Below are positions 1 to 10,859 of a stretch of 64,000 nt of DNA, piece after piece. The stretch is from contig OZ286459.1 in the NCBI GenBank assembly GCA_965644265.1, forward strand, positions 131,316,001 through 131,380,000. The letters run 5' to 3'. Within the stretch, counting starts at the first letter, position 1; each line of letters starts with the position of its first letter. Below the pieces are notes generated by a model, which made no database searches, was not told the DNA's origin, and saw nothing but the letters and a program-made list of their open reading frames with translations. A program made the position numbers and the translations under genes. The DNA comes from Glycera tridactyla. Taxonomy: Eukaryota.

Positions 1-2127
1 GACTCAGAGGTTTCCCAATATTTGTCCTCCAATCAAGTGAAATGGGTAGCCATGCCATATCTTCTCACAAAACAAAGATTTTCTAGACAATCTACCCTTC
101 AAGGTCACATAGTCTAGGCCTGAAGATGCGTTTCAGACCACTGGACCCACTAATTCACACGCATTCTGAAACGACTCCCCAACTACAGTCAGATAGGAAT
201 CAGAATGTTTTTCTCTGCGTCAGTGCCCTCAGATAATGAGACTTTTATCCATACAGATCATTATGATATCCAACAGAAACGGCTGTACACGCCTAGTTCA
301 ACATCCAAATCAATGATTAAAATACACAGAGTTAACTTAGTCTGTGGAATTCCCAGCGATGCTCCTCATCTCCGGCCAGCCGCCGCAGCGAGGTGGGAGG
401 TTGTGGAAGGTGTAATTTGAATGCGCCATTGCCTTGGCTCTTAGCGATTATATGTAATGAGAAAGAACGATGTCATCCGACAGGTCACGTGAGGCACCAG
501 TATCTATTAGTGTCAGCCACCTATTAGCCAGTCACGCTGCGAAAGCTAATCAGTCCAGTAGCACTTTCATGAGTATTCGCCTTCACCCATCCTTCAATTT
601 TCCCCGTCTCTCATGCTCATCAATTTCCGGACCACCCTTGTTTCTGTCAAATACTTCACACCCCATGCATGAATCCATTTATCATGAGCGCCTTGCTGCT
701 AGAGCCTTTATTCACGAATATTGGCCGCTGATACGAGATCAAGTCTCATGTAAGGCCCTGATAAACCAAAGTATTATATAGGCAGTGGTTGTTATCTGGA
801 GTCGCTGCTCATATAATCACCATTACTCACCATTCAAGAACTTGACTCATCAGGGTCTCATGTTAGATTCGACCATATGAGGGCAGGGTATACAGGTAGG
901 GTTTACTCCCCATGTATGATTCCGCCACATGCCCGTCGAAATCTGCAGTAGACGCGCGGACCAGCATTCGGTGGCTAGTCCACTTTGTCCACTTTAGATG
1001 AAGAAAAATGTCCTTGGCAACAGATAATGACCACATCTTCTCTCTATGCACAAGGCCACATCATCCAATCAATTTATCGATGAGAAGTGATGTGATAAAA
1101 CCAAATCCGATCGGCAACTATGAACTATGCGGAGAATATTGGTTTTTAGCCCAACAAATCTCCATTGCAGCCTTCTAGAGAACTTGATGAAAGCAGAAAG
1201 CTGCTATGATTAAATTGATTCCTTGATATCGGGAGAATTTTCTTGCATATGCAAATGCCATCAAAATTGTCTCCAATCTTTGTGGAGTTGCCACAATCAG
1301 ATTTCTGTCAGGAATATATTGAAATTGTGAAATGATCATTTGTCGTACTTGTATCTATTCTGATGAGTCGAACCAGTTATATCCATCATGGAAATTTGGA
1401 AAATTAGTGATCAAAGATATTCATCCACTGATCACCTCGGTCTTGGTCCTGATTACCGAACAACCCAGCTTTTTTTTTCGAATAGTGGAATTACCCCCTC
1501 AAAATGATCCCCTTATAATATTGCATGATTATATCCTTGAGAGATCACATGACAGGATCACTAAGTTGAAGGCGATTCATTTCACTCAATTATTATTCAC
1601 TCTTGCTGTTTTGCCACAGAAAGAAAATGAGTGGTCAAATTTCCTGGGCATACTTCGAATGACAGGAGACAGTGCTCTCCATGGCTGCATGGATACTTGA
1701 TTAGTGTTTTGCCCCAATTGTTCTGGAGGTGCAGTTATCAACCTGCTTATCAAATGAGAGAGTGTGCCAGTTTTGAGGCGGGTAAGCTATATTGAATATA
1801 ATCACATGTGCATGTGTGGGAATGCAGGTGTTTGCGATAGCTGATTGAGCAAAATATCCAATATGCACCTTGGCGCTCTTGTTAATGATTTAGATGATTC
1901 TGCGCCTGCAGCGGGGACCAGCGAGTCCACTCGATATTAGCCGTGTTGAGGTGGGGTGGTGGGGGGGGGGGGGCTGTTGTATACCTTCATAACATTGTGC
2001 AGACAATACCGCCGCTCTGATTCTACCCATATGAAGCTGCACGCCACTCCAGGGGCGTAACAATACAACAATAGCAGTGACTTCTATTAGATGCTCGGTG
2101 ATTCTTTGCCAGACATGGAATCACGTC

Positions 2128-2145
2128 TCTCTCTCTTCTCTCTCA

Positions 2146-2183
<38 letters not shown>
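2128..2183. repeat. (CT)n-(AT)n compound microsatellite
   Basis: Directly visible. Confidence 0.9.
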
Positions 2184-3770
2184 CTCGTCTCTGTCTTCAG
2201 GAGTCTAAACGCCATGGCATTTGCTCACATTTGCATCCTCGCGACAGAAATACATTGTATGATGTTCAAATCACAGTATTCTTGAGTCCATCGTTATTAT
2301 CAATCAGCTGCAATGGTTCAAACGTTTTTCTGAGACACGTTTCAGGGCGGAATTATGGAGGTATAGAGAGTGGTGATCTATTTATGACTTTCTGTAGCTA
2401 ACCCACCAAAGTGGATTCAGTTACATCTATTCTTCAGTTATGAAATATGTTTCAGCAATCCTACTCCACTAATTTTCTGACTAAAACTACATTGGTGATT
2501 TTGTTAGGAATAACTTTCCTACAAAGCCACACCTGCTGGCAATTCAGAATGAAACGGATTTATATTGCTGATGAGGCTATTTTATTATGGCTCAATCTAG
2601 AACATTTTTGGGAAGTATACGTAGTTCAATCATTATTGGCGTTTTAAGTGAGTCTAAGAACGTGAGTAGAGTTGGGTAAGTGATCATGATTGAATAACAC
2701 CTATTTTCAAATTGCCACTTTCACAGAACTTGCCTTCTCTTATTTGATGCTTCAAAACGAATATCGAGATGATGGACATTACGTGATGTCGGCGAGGACC
2801 TTACTCTCTTGATTGTAATCTATATCTATGGTGGATCAACTCAGTCCCTGCTGCAGTTTTCCTCGTCCCACATTGATGATGAATCATTCATATCATTGGC
2901 CATTATTCTCTCTGCCTTTTGGGGAACAAATGCCTTTCAGACTTGTATCACCTCACTCGACATTTTAATTGGACAACCATGAACTCATTTGAAATGANNN
3001 NNNNNNNNNNNNNNNNNNNNNNNNNNNNNNNNNNNNNNNNNNNNNNNNNNNNNNNNNNNNNNNNNNNNNNNNNNNNNNNNNNNNNNNNNNNNNNNNNNNN
3101 NNNNNNNNNNNNNNNNNNNNNNNNNNNNNNNNNNNNNNNNNNNNNNNNNNNNNNNNNNNNNNNNNNNNNNNNNNNNNNNNNNNNNNNNNNNNNNNNNNNN
3201 NTTTATTTATCTTCGTCAATCATACAAAGTACAATATACAATGCTCCTAATGGTGGGTCTCCATGACGACGAAGGTGAAAATAATAAACTCACAATACAA
3301 TAACTATATATGACATCCTGTTATGGGAATAATAAACAAAATCATCTAAGATGACTATGATCGTTTCTGATCTGACTAAGACAAGCTTAGCCAATTTTAT
3401 ATTAGATCTAGATGTAGTAACCTATGATAATAATACGATAGTAAGGAAGACACACATGACATATCCCACCCATACAAAATCTACGCCCTCCCAAATCCCA
3501 CACCCCCCCCTCACCCCACACCCTTAACACCTGATAGAGACCATAAAATAATCGTACACATCAAATACATATATCAAATAGAATAAAATTAATTTAATAG
3601 TTAGTCCATCCACTAAGTAATTTTTATGATATATGGTTGCAAATTTCAAAAATGATATTGTGAAAATGATATTGAGAGCCAAGGAAATGAAAAGAGATGA
3701 AATGAATAAAACATAAATCATAAATCCCTTAAATCCCTTAATAACGGATATTATATCTCCATTGACAACA

Positions 3771-6695
3771 TTATATTAACAGAAAGCCTTCCAGCTTTTC
3801 TTTAAAAGATTGATGGTCCGTGTTATTAAATTCTGAGTACTTTGCAGCATATTGATTCCATTTTTTTGCACTTCTAAACCTGAAAGACCCTTCACATTGC
3901 TTTGTTTTTGGGTATTCAATTTTGAGAAAAGGTCTCATTATAGATCTTGTAGCATAATCATGACTCGTGTTTGAAAACTCACATAATGGTGTATATTGCT
4001 GGTGGATTTTACCCTGCAAGATTTTGTTTGCATAGATAAGGGTATGACATTCCCTACGACAATCCAGATATGGCATTTTTAAAAGTCCATGATTTGTTCG
4101 TGTTCTTGTATATGGTTCACATTTAGTGATTATCCTAAATGCTTTATTTTGAATGCGTTGTAGTTTACAAGCATCAGCCATACCTAGATTGTCGTAGACA
4201 ATGTCACAATAATCAAATATGGGCAAGATGAGCGTCCTGTACAGCATCAAGGTTGTTTCCATATTGAGAACTCCCCTGAGTCTACCCAGAAACCCCACCC
4301 TGCCCACTGTTTTTTTGCGAATATGTTCAGCATGTATCTTAAAACTCAGTATCGAATCTAGATATACTCCGAGATACTTAAAGCTATCGACCTTTTCGAT
4401 TTGCTGATCGTTGAAAGATACTGATATCTCACATACTTGGTGCCGAGTTCCAAAGACCATAATTTGTGTCTTTTTCACATTTAGACTCAATCGGTTTCGC
4501 GACATCCAAATACTAATATCTTTCAAAGAATCGTCTAGTTTCTCTTGTAGAGCAACTGGAGATCTATCGGCTACCAAGATGGCAGTATCGTCCGCGTAGA
4601 GACTCATACTGGGTCCTCTCATAAAAGTAGGAATATCATTCACATATATAGTGAATAAAAGAGGACCCAGTATGGACCCCTGCGGGACTCCACAAGTAAT
4701 ACCTCGTTCTGATGAAAAAACACCATTTGCTTTGACATGACACGTACGATCACTCAGATAACTCTTGAACCATGAAATGCCACGGTCATCAACACCATAC
4801 ATAGTCAATTTTCTCAGGAGCAGCCCATGGTCCACCGTGTCGAGAGCCTTCTTAAGGTCCAGGAAGAGCACCCCACTGGTCAAACCCTGTTCCAAATTAA
4901 CATATAACTTGTCGAGGAACTCTAATAAACACGATCCAGTGGAGCACCCTCCTCTGAACCCAGACTGCTCCCGACACAGTAGACCATGGGATTCGAAATA
5001 AGCTGCAACTTGCTGATGGATAAGTTTCTCTAAGATCTTGCTCATGGTACTCAGGAGGCTAATAGGCCTGTAGTTGGCTTCCATATCACGTTTACCATCT
5101 TTAAAAAGAGGCACGATGGTGGCGGACTTCCAGAGTGAGGGGAATACACCTCCGGTGATGCTGTTATCAAAGATATGTCTTAGCATAGGGATGAGGACAT
5201 CGATGCAAGGTTTGAGTATTTTTGATGGTAAACCATCATCTTTCCCTGCTTTATTGAGAGAGAGTTCATTTACTACATTTGTTATTTCGTCTTCAGTGAC
5301 AGGTCTTAATGAAAAGGTATCTTTCCTGTTAAATGGAAAGTTTGACAGGGGGTCGACACCATCATCAATGATACCTTTGCTCAGGTTTTCCCCAATAGTA
5401 CTAAAAAATATATTTAGTTTGTCAGCAATTTCCTTTTTGTCAATACTATCTCCAATTTTCAAAATATCAGTAGAGCCCTTTCTACGTCCCCAGAAACTGT
5501 TCAGGGTCTCCCACATCTTCTTAGGATCGTCTTTCTGGTCATTTAGCCAATTTTGAATATAATCATGTTGTAGTCGGCGTTTGAGATTCAGGCATTTTTT
5601 TTCAATATTTGTTTTCAGAATTTTATTTCCTTCAGTATTATTTGACTTGAAATTTTTATTTGCCCTCTCTCTCTCTCTGACCAGGTCTAAATACGCCCCA
5701 TTCAACCATTTGGGCCAGTTTTCCGTTACTCTGTGTCTTTTCAGGGGGACATGTTTGTCATTGATGTTATTTAGAACTTTATGAAATATATTAGTTATGA
5801 CATCAGCATCAGTGGAGGCGTAGAACTCATCCCAGTTGTATCCCAAAATATCTTCTTTTAGCTTATCAAAATCTGTTTTTGAATAATCTTTAAAAGATAC
5901 AAATGTAGATTTGCGAGGTTGTGGCAGCTTCTTTCGGGATACCAGTATAAGACTATGATCGCTTAAACCAGTTTCTAAAACCCCATGTTGGTGATACATT
6001 TCTGGTCTGTTTACAAGTATATGGTCAATGAGTGTCTGGGACCCAGTAGTAACCCGAGTGAATCTATCAAGGAGTTGGGTTAGGTTATTATTTTTCATCA
6101 TATTAACATATCCTTGATCAGGTCTAGTTTTCATATAGTCTATATTAGTATCTCCAATCACTACAATATCAGGGGAAAGATCAGATCCAAGGTTTATTAT
6201 ACTCTCCTCCAACCAGTCAATAAATGCACTAGGGTTACCTTGTGGTGGACGGTAAAGCCCACAGATATAAATCGGACGCGTATCAGGTAGCACAAGTTTT
6301 AGCCAAAGAGCTTCGATATCACGATTGCATATGACAGTATCTTCCAACAATTCGATATACCTGTCCTTTCTGATATATATTACAATACCTCCTCCACTTT
6401 TCTTCCTACTTTCTAGTGTGCGATCACAACGGATTGTATAGTAGCCTGGGATTTCTATCACACTATTATCTTGAATTGACGTGAGAAAAGTTTCAGAAAC
6501 AATCAAAATGTCAAGTTTACTCTTAAGCAAAATGAGATGAATATCGGTTATTTTACGTGTTATTCCTCTGATATTCAAATAGGCAATTTTGACACCCTTA
6601 AATCTCTGCAAATCATCCGCTGAATTTAGTTGAACTGTACGATATACATTATGGTCTAAGGTGGTGTGATCCCCAAAGTCTGTCATGTGTTTCAA
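3771..6695 (-). CDS. LINE ORF2: apurinic-like endonuclease + reverse transcriptase (974 aa, uninterrupted)
   Basis: APE motifs YLNIRG, VSETFL, SGGGIVIYIR, GLYRPP, VIGDTNID, TLIDHIL, SDH. RT motifs NYRPISLL, QSGFR, FLDLKKALDTVDH, GVPQGSILGPLLF, LYADDT, KYLGVYLD. The C-terminal YATRS...SFRFRSAKKWN is typical of the CR1/L2 group. Confidence 0.97.
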   Translation of the reverse strand: MKHMTDFGDHTTLDHNVYRTVQLNSADDLQRFKGVKIAYLNIRGITRKITDIHLILLKSKLDILIVSETFLTSIQDNSVIEIPGYYTIRCDRTLESRKKSGGGIVIYIRKDRYIELLEDTVICNRDIEALWLKLVLPDTRPIYICGLYRPPQGNPSAFIDWLEESIINLGSDLSPDIVVIGDTNIDYMKTRPDQGYVNMMKNNNLTQLLDRFTRVTTGSQTLIDHILVNRPEMYHQHGVLETGLSDHSLILVSRKKLPQPRKSTFVSFKDYSKTDFDKLKEDILGYNWDEFYASTDADVITNIFHKVLNNINDKHVPLKRHRVTENWPKWLNGAYLDLVRERERANKNFKSNNTEGNKILKTNIEKKCLNLKRRLQHDYIQNWLNDQKDDPKKMWETLNSFWGRRKGSTDILKIGDSIDKKEIADKLNIFFSTIGENLSKGIIDDGVDPLSNFPFNRKDTFSLRPVTEDEITNVVNELSLNKAGKDDGLPSKILKPCIDVLIPMLRHIFDNSITGGVFPSLWKSATIVPLFKDGKRDMEANYRPISLLSTMSKILEKLIHQQVAAYFESHGLLCREQSGFRGGCSTGSCLLEFLDKLYVNLEQGLTSGVLFLDLKKALDTVDHGLLLRKLTMYGVDDRGISWFKSYLSDRTCHVKANGVFSSERGITCGVPQGSILGPLLFTIYVNDIPTFMRGPSMSLYADDTAILVADRSPVALQEKLDDSLKDISIWMSRNRLSLNVKKTQIMVFGTRHQVCEISVSFNDQQIEKVDSFKYLGVYLDSILSFKIHAEHIRKKTVGRVGFLGRLRGVLNMETTLMLYRTLILPIFDYCDIVYDNLGMADACKLQRIQNKAFRIITKCEPYTRTRTNHGLLKMPYLDCRRECHTLIYANKILQGKIHQQYTPLCEFSNTSHDYATRSIMRPFLKIEYPKTKQCEGSFRFRSAKKWNQYAAKYSEFNNTDHQSFKEKLEGFLLI

Positions 6696-7548
6696 GAATA
6701 TGTAAATTTATTGGTATATAGATAAAGATGAAAAGAACATGAATTAATTAGTCGCCAATAGAATATGGTGCCGTATATATATTAATGGTAGCTTGGCTAC
6801 CGTAAATTAACAAGATGGTGAGAAGGTATTTGTTTCAGCTCACTATGCACCAGTTCAAGATCTGGCTCCGCCAAGGGAATTATGGTTTTAAACAAATAAG
6901 AGATTAGATCACCTCCGAACACATATCAAAACTTGTGGAACTTGTTGAATAGTGTTGAAAAGAAATTACAGTACATCATTTACAAGATAAACTTAAAGAA
7001 CATTTGTTTAACTTGAATTGGCCATAAAGAAATTAAAGTTTTAGCAGAAGAAAGAAAGTCGATGAAGAAAGAAAACTGAACGTAATTCATCACGCACCTG
7101 TGATGGAAAGCAAGAAAAACCTAAAGTACGGCTCGAAAATCCTGTCACCGTTTTGAACACGGGTGTATTTTCTCAATCCCATGTTTAAGTGACAATGAAG
7201 AATAAAGTTGGACATACTAATACATCGACACAGATCCTACATTAATTTATATGAAATATCATCAGGTGACCAATATGTTTTTAACATTGTAGAAATAGTC
7301 ATGTCTCAATAATATCAAACCAGTCATAGGAGAAACAAATCAATTGATGTTTTGTCTCTGATCCCCATGTGACGTAATGGGATCAGAAAAGATTATGGTG
7401 ACCAATACACCAGTACATCAGGTAATTTTCATATATGATTCTATGGTACATAGCATTCAGCATTCAGAAAGTGGCATTATTGAATTGAAACTCCATATCA
7501 GTCTCGCTTGATATATTGCATTTTAAATTAGTTCTTATATGATGTCTT

Positions 7549-8179
7549 CTATGCTTACCCAAGGACCACACATATGGTGAGAGCATGAGAAGGCATAGGA
7601 ATAAATAGGTGATGTAATTATCGTTTTCAGCTTTAGTTACCACTTTGCCACATCTGTATACTTTATGTATGGTGTAATATAATGTAATATAATGAGGATC
7701 ATGATTCATTTACGAAAAGTACACATGAAATGCAAAATATGTGTAATACCCCAGCTTTTGTTACATGCCTCCTTGGTTTAGCGCCAAGCATTTTAATTTA
7801 TGACAATGAAAGTGAGAGAATGTCCTAATATATGCCTAAATCTATGCCACTCCAAAGGACCACTCATATGGTGAGAACCTGGAGAGTCACAGCTGTTGAT
7901 AATTTACAAGAGTTTCTCTCTTTTCATGTCATCAACCACCATGCTTTTTGCTTGTCAGATCATATTGCGAAATCAACTAGTCCCACGGTACACACCTGAA
8001 TAGAAAAATTACATATCATGTTATATTTATCAAAACAGATGATAATTCCATCCAATCAGTTGTTTAGCGCTTGTACTACAGTTTGTGACAACGGAAATAA
8101 GAGAAAATCCAGATCAATACCTAAAACTATGCACACCAAAGGACCACTCATATGGTGAGAACCTGGTGAGTCACAGCTG
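7549..8179 (-). repeat. Three dispersed copies of a ~45-60-nt hairpin-forming motif (7549-7583, 7835-7895, 8120-8179)
   Basis: CCAAAGGACCACTCATATGGTGAGAACCTGG (31 nt) is identical at 7852-7882 and 8136-8166. A third copy, AAGGACCACACATATGGTGAGA, starts at 7561. Spacing is ~284-294 nt. Confidence 0.9.
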
Positions 8180-8328
8180 ATTTTGTTGTTATAGGTTTCT
8201 CTCATCTCGTGTCTCACACCGCACTGCACTTCGCCCATCCTCTCCTTTTCCTTCAACAGCTCCAAGTAATTTCTAAGTTCATTTCTGTCCAGCAGACTAT
8301 ATAACATATTATCAAGAGTTTTTATCAA
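8056..8328 (-). CDS. Possible small ORF (90 aa) downstream of the SGNH ORF
   Basis: The N-terminal half looks helical and charged (LDRNELRNYLELLKEKER). The 3' half overlaps one copy of the repeated hairpin. No homology recognised. Confidence 0.2.
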   Translation of the reverse strand: MIKTLDNMLYSLLDRNELRNYLELLKEKERMGEVQCGVRHEMRETYNNKISCDSPGSHHMSGPLVCIVLGIDLDFLLFPLSQTVVQALNN

Positions 8329-8367
8329 ACGTTAGAAATATATCTCAATAGCTTTGGTCAAGTCAAA

Positions 8368-9249
8368 TCAGGTAGTATAGAACCAGTTGTCAAGAATGGA
8401 TCCAACAACCGTATAGCATACTGCCAAGTTTCCAGAGTCACTCAAATGTATTCTATCTGGTAGGATCATCCCATTCATGACATCGCCATGAGAACATGCC
8501 TTTTTTCTCACACGCCTTCTTCTCAACAGGCTGAAGGGTTGTGTTGTGCAGTTGTAAGGTTTCACAAATAGATAATGGGTGTTTAAACAAAGCATATCTA
8601 CAAACGCATGGTTCTTGAGGTAATTGTCAACCAACAATGCTAGAACACGTGCCTCATCTGACCACCCTGGTCTCCATACAATGGGAATGTTACAAAACTT
8701 TGCAAGTGGGAAGTGGTTGAAAAGCAGGGATAGAACATCCGTGATCTTCTTTGTCAATTTATTGAATTCCTCCGTTCTAAGCCTGGTCACTACTCTGTTA
8801 CGAATACGTGGATCTCTGATGAAAGTGGATGAAGTTTTCAATTTGTTGGCAAATCTGTCTATATCATTTGAGCCCAGTATCATGACGATATAGTCCGGAG
8901 ACCAATTTTCTTCGTTAAGTATCGACATTAGTGAACCACCATACATTTTTGATTTTTTCTTTCCAGCAGGTGTGTTAGCAAACTCACCCCGAATCTCTTT
9001 GGTAAAGTAATACCAACTGCCCCCACTAATGCCATAGTATTTCCAGGACTGCAGAAGGGCTTGTAGATCATCATGGTCCAGCATCCTGTTCACATAATCC
9101 CCGAGCCGCCATACATGGCTGCTGCCAATAACCAAGACGTTAGGAGAACCACGTTCTGCGAGTAAATGCCTCCTGCGATAAATAGGGCATTTTTCATATG
9201 TCCAGGTGACACGGTCTCTCGCAATGTCACCAGCCAGGGATGGGTTAGT
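8368..9249 (-). CDS. SGNH/GDSL-family hydrolase (esterase) ORF, candidate LINE ORF1; open frame extends upstream to a splice acceptor at 9250
   Basis: All four SGNH blocks are in order: VIGSSH (Ser), YGISGG (Gly), LGSND (Asn), LPDRIHL (DxxH). The frame stays open 38 codons upstream of the called TTG start, to TTTTATGTATGTTATAG|. Confidence 0.85.
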   Translation of the reverse strand, partial: TNPSLAGDIARDRVTWTYEKCPIYRRRHLLAERGSPNVLVIGSSHVWRLGDYVNRMLDHDDLQALLQSWKYYGISGGSWYYFTKEIRGEFANTPAGKKKSKMYGGSLMSILNEENWSPDYIVMILGSNDIDRFANKLKTSSTFIRDPRIRNRVVTRLRTEEFNKLTKKITDVLSLLFNHFPLAKFCNIPIVWRPGWSDEARVLALLVDNYLKNHAFVDMLCLNTHYLFVKPYNCTTQPFSLLRRRRVRKKACSHGDVMNGMILPDRIHLSDSGNLAVCYTVVGSILDNWFYTT

Positions 9250-9571
9250 CTATAACATACATAAAACATTTAATTTTGAGATTTGTGGCACCTAGACCAG
9301 AAATCCGGTTAATAAGCTTATTTGGATGTTGTTTGTAGTCAAGGACAAGACTTGTATCAAGAAGTCTGCAAAGTTTGACGGAGATTCACCTGACAGCCAT
9401 AGTAAATGCATTCCGGCTATGGTAGCGCATTCTCTGTATCTAGGTCATACTATTTATACCGCGTGTTAGCGAGGGCAGAAACACGCTAACTCTCACAAAA
9501 CAACACCGGCGCCGTGCCCGCAATTTCCATACAGTGATTCTCTACTTCAACATCGCACAAGGGATAGTTAC

Positions 9572-9640
9572 CTCATTTCGGTAGCCGGCTTTCCAGTCGT
9601 TGAATCGGCTATTTGTGATTAGATTCGCGTAGCTAGACAT
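9572..9640 (-). CDS. Putative first coding exon of the SGNH ORF (MSSYANLITNSRFNDWKAGYRNE)
   Basis: ATG at 9640, 23 open codons, then GAG|GTAACT donor in phase 0, matching the phase-0 acceptor at 9250/9249. Confidence 0.45.
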
Positions 9641-9697
9641 GTTGCCGTGTTGTTTCGATCTCAAAGGTTACGGCGGTACTAGTTCCGCTCTTGCGCA

Positions 9698-10097
9698 TCA
9701 ACTTTTTCTGCCGTTCGGGACTGTTCGAGAGACCGACTTACCTCCACCGCGGTTGTGCTTATACGATCCTCCTTTCTGACCACGCCCAGCAGAAGCAGCA
9801 GCCATGGCAGTTTTGAGGTCCGGAAACATTTCTGGATCAGGTGTATAGTTATTCCCAAAGGGAAGTCTAGACTGTTTCATAGGATTTGATTTTTTTATGT
9901 CATCTTTGGTTTTTACTTTATTCCTAATTTGAGATTTCTTACCTTTGACAAATTTCCAAAGTGACAGATCACTCTGATTTTGTGACGGTTTTTTCAAATC
10001 CGGTTTTGTCAGGGCATCATCTCTTTCATTTTGCAAGTTCGGAACAAAATCCGAAAACATTTTAGGTATGGCAGTGGTATTTTGGTCATCAGTGGTC

Positions 10098-10099
<2 letters not shown>
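9698..10099 (-). CDS. 133-aa Lys/Ser/Gly-rich basic, probably disordered ORF of unknown function
   Basis: Open ATG-started frame with low-complexity basic composition (GRGQKGGSYKHNRGGGK), co-oriented with the SGNH ORF and ORF2. No recognisable family. Confidence 0.45.
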
Positions 10100-10137
<38 letters not shown>

Positions 10138-10160
10138 CGATGACGAGGACGATGACTATG
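10097..10160. repeat. (GAT)n/(GAC) trinucleotide microsatellite
   Basis: Directly visible run of gatgatgat degrading to gacgatgac. Confidence 0.95.
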
Positions 10161-10859
10161 GCTCAGGTCTGGTAGACTGTCGATATTGTGGCTGACAGTT
10201 ATCGACGTGTAATGACAGCTCATTTACAATGGATCCATTTGTTGGCATTCTGCATGATAAGCTGATCCCTGTTGTCAAATGAGAATACATCTAGGTGGAC
10301 AGCACATGCGTGAGGCTTTCACACTGAATTATTCTCCCACACGCTATTATGATCACCACTTCTCACTTGCATCATATCAACACTGAAGGCATGCCTGCGG
10401 AAAATAACCCCTAATCCTGGTTCATATGTGATCATCCGTGGCAATCGCATGAGGATAAAGCTCGTTTATTAGATGCTTCAAACTCCCAACCGCCAGGTTC
10501 ACTGGTTCCACATCTACATGTTCAGTGTTCTCAGTGGTTCACATACATCCGTTGGATCATCTTCCCTATCCACTTCCTTGACCTGGATTCTCTGAAGTAT
10601 GACGACAGAACCGTTCGCGCCATTGATCATGCATATGAGAAACTAGTCAAACTGTATAGAGATCTGTGTAGGCTGGTTGGGGGTGCAAACGCCAGAATTG
10701 ACACATTCTGCGAGTGGTGTGAGCATGACATACAACCTGGTGTATCCTTAGCATGTGGCTGCGATGGGGGTGAAGAAAAAAAAACAGTGCATCGAGGAAA
10801 CCCAAAATAACCAAATTGACCACATTGTGGAGCCTCAAGTATTCGGGCTGTTCCCCCCT

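Larger units (their letters stand above)
3202..10160 (-). mobile_element. CR1/L2-group non-LTR retrotransposon (LINE) locus. Core 3202-6695 is secure; extension to ~10160 (SGNH ORF, basic ORF) is inferred
   Basis: Intact APE-RT ORF, then a ~570-nt 3' UTR ending in a stem-loop and AATAAA at the N block, where the tail is probably hidden. Co-oriented upstream ORFs include an SGNH esterase, a domain known from ORF1 of some CR1/L2 elements. The 5' boundary and TSDs are not visible. Confidence 0.65.

Noticed and set aside
112-200. Hammerhead-like CTGAAGA...GAAAC
   Set aside because: Four extra nt before GAAA, and no consistent stem I or III could be built.
400-1900. Possible DIRS/tyrosine-recombinase relic
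   Set aside because: It looks like decayed coding sequence, but no RT, RNase H or recombinase motif could be read.
4219-5784. Plus-strand ORFs overlapping LINE ORF2
   Set aside because: Antisense shadows of a real coding sequence with no motifs of their own.
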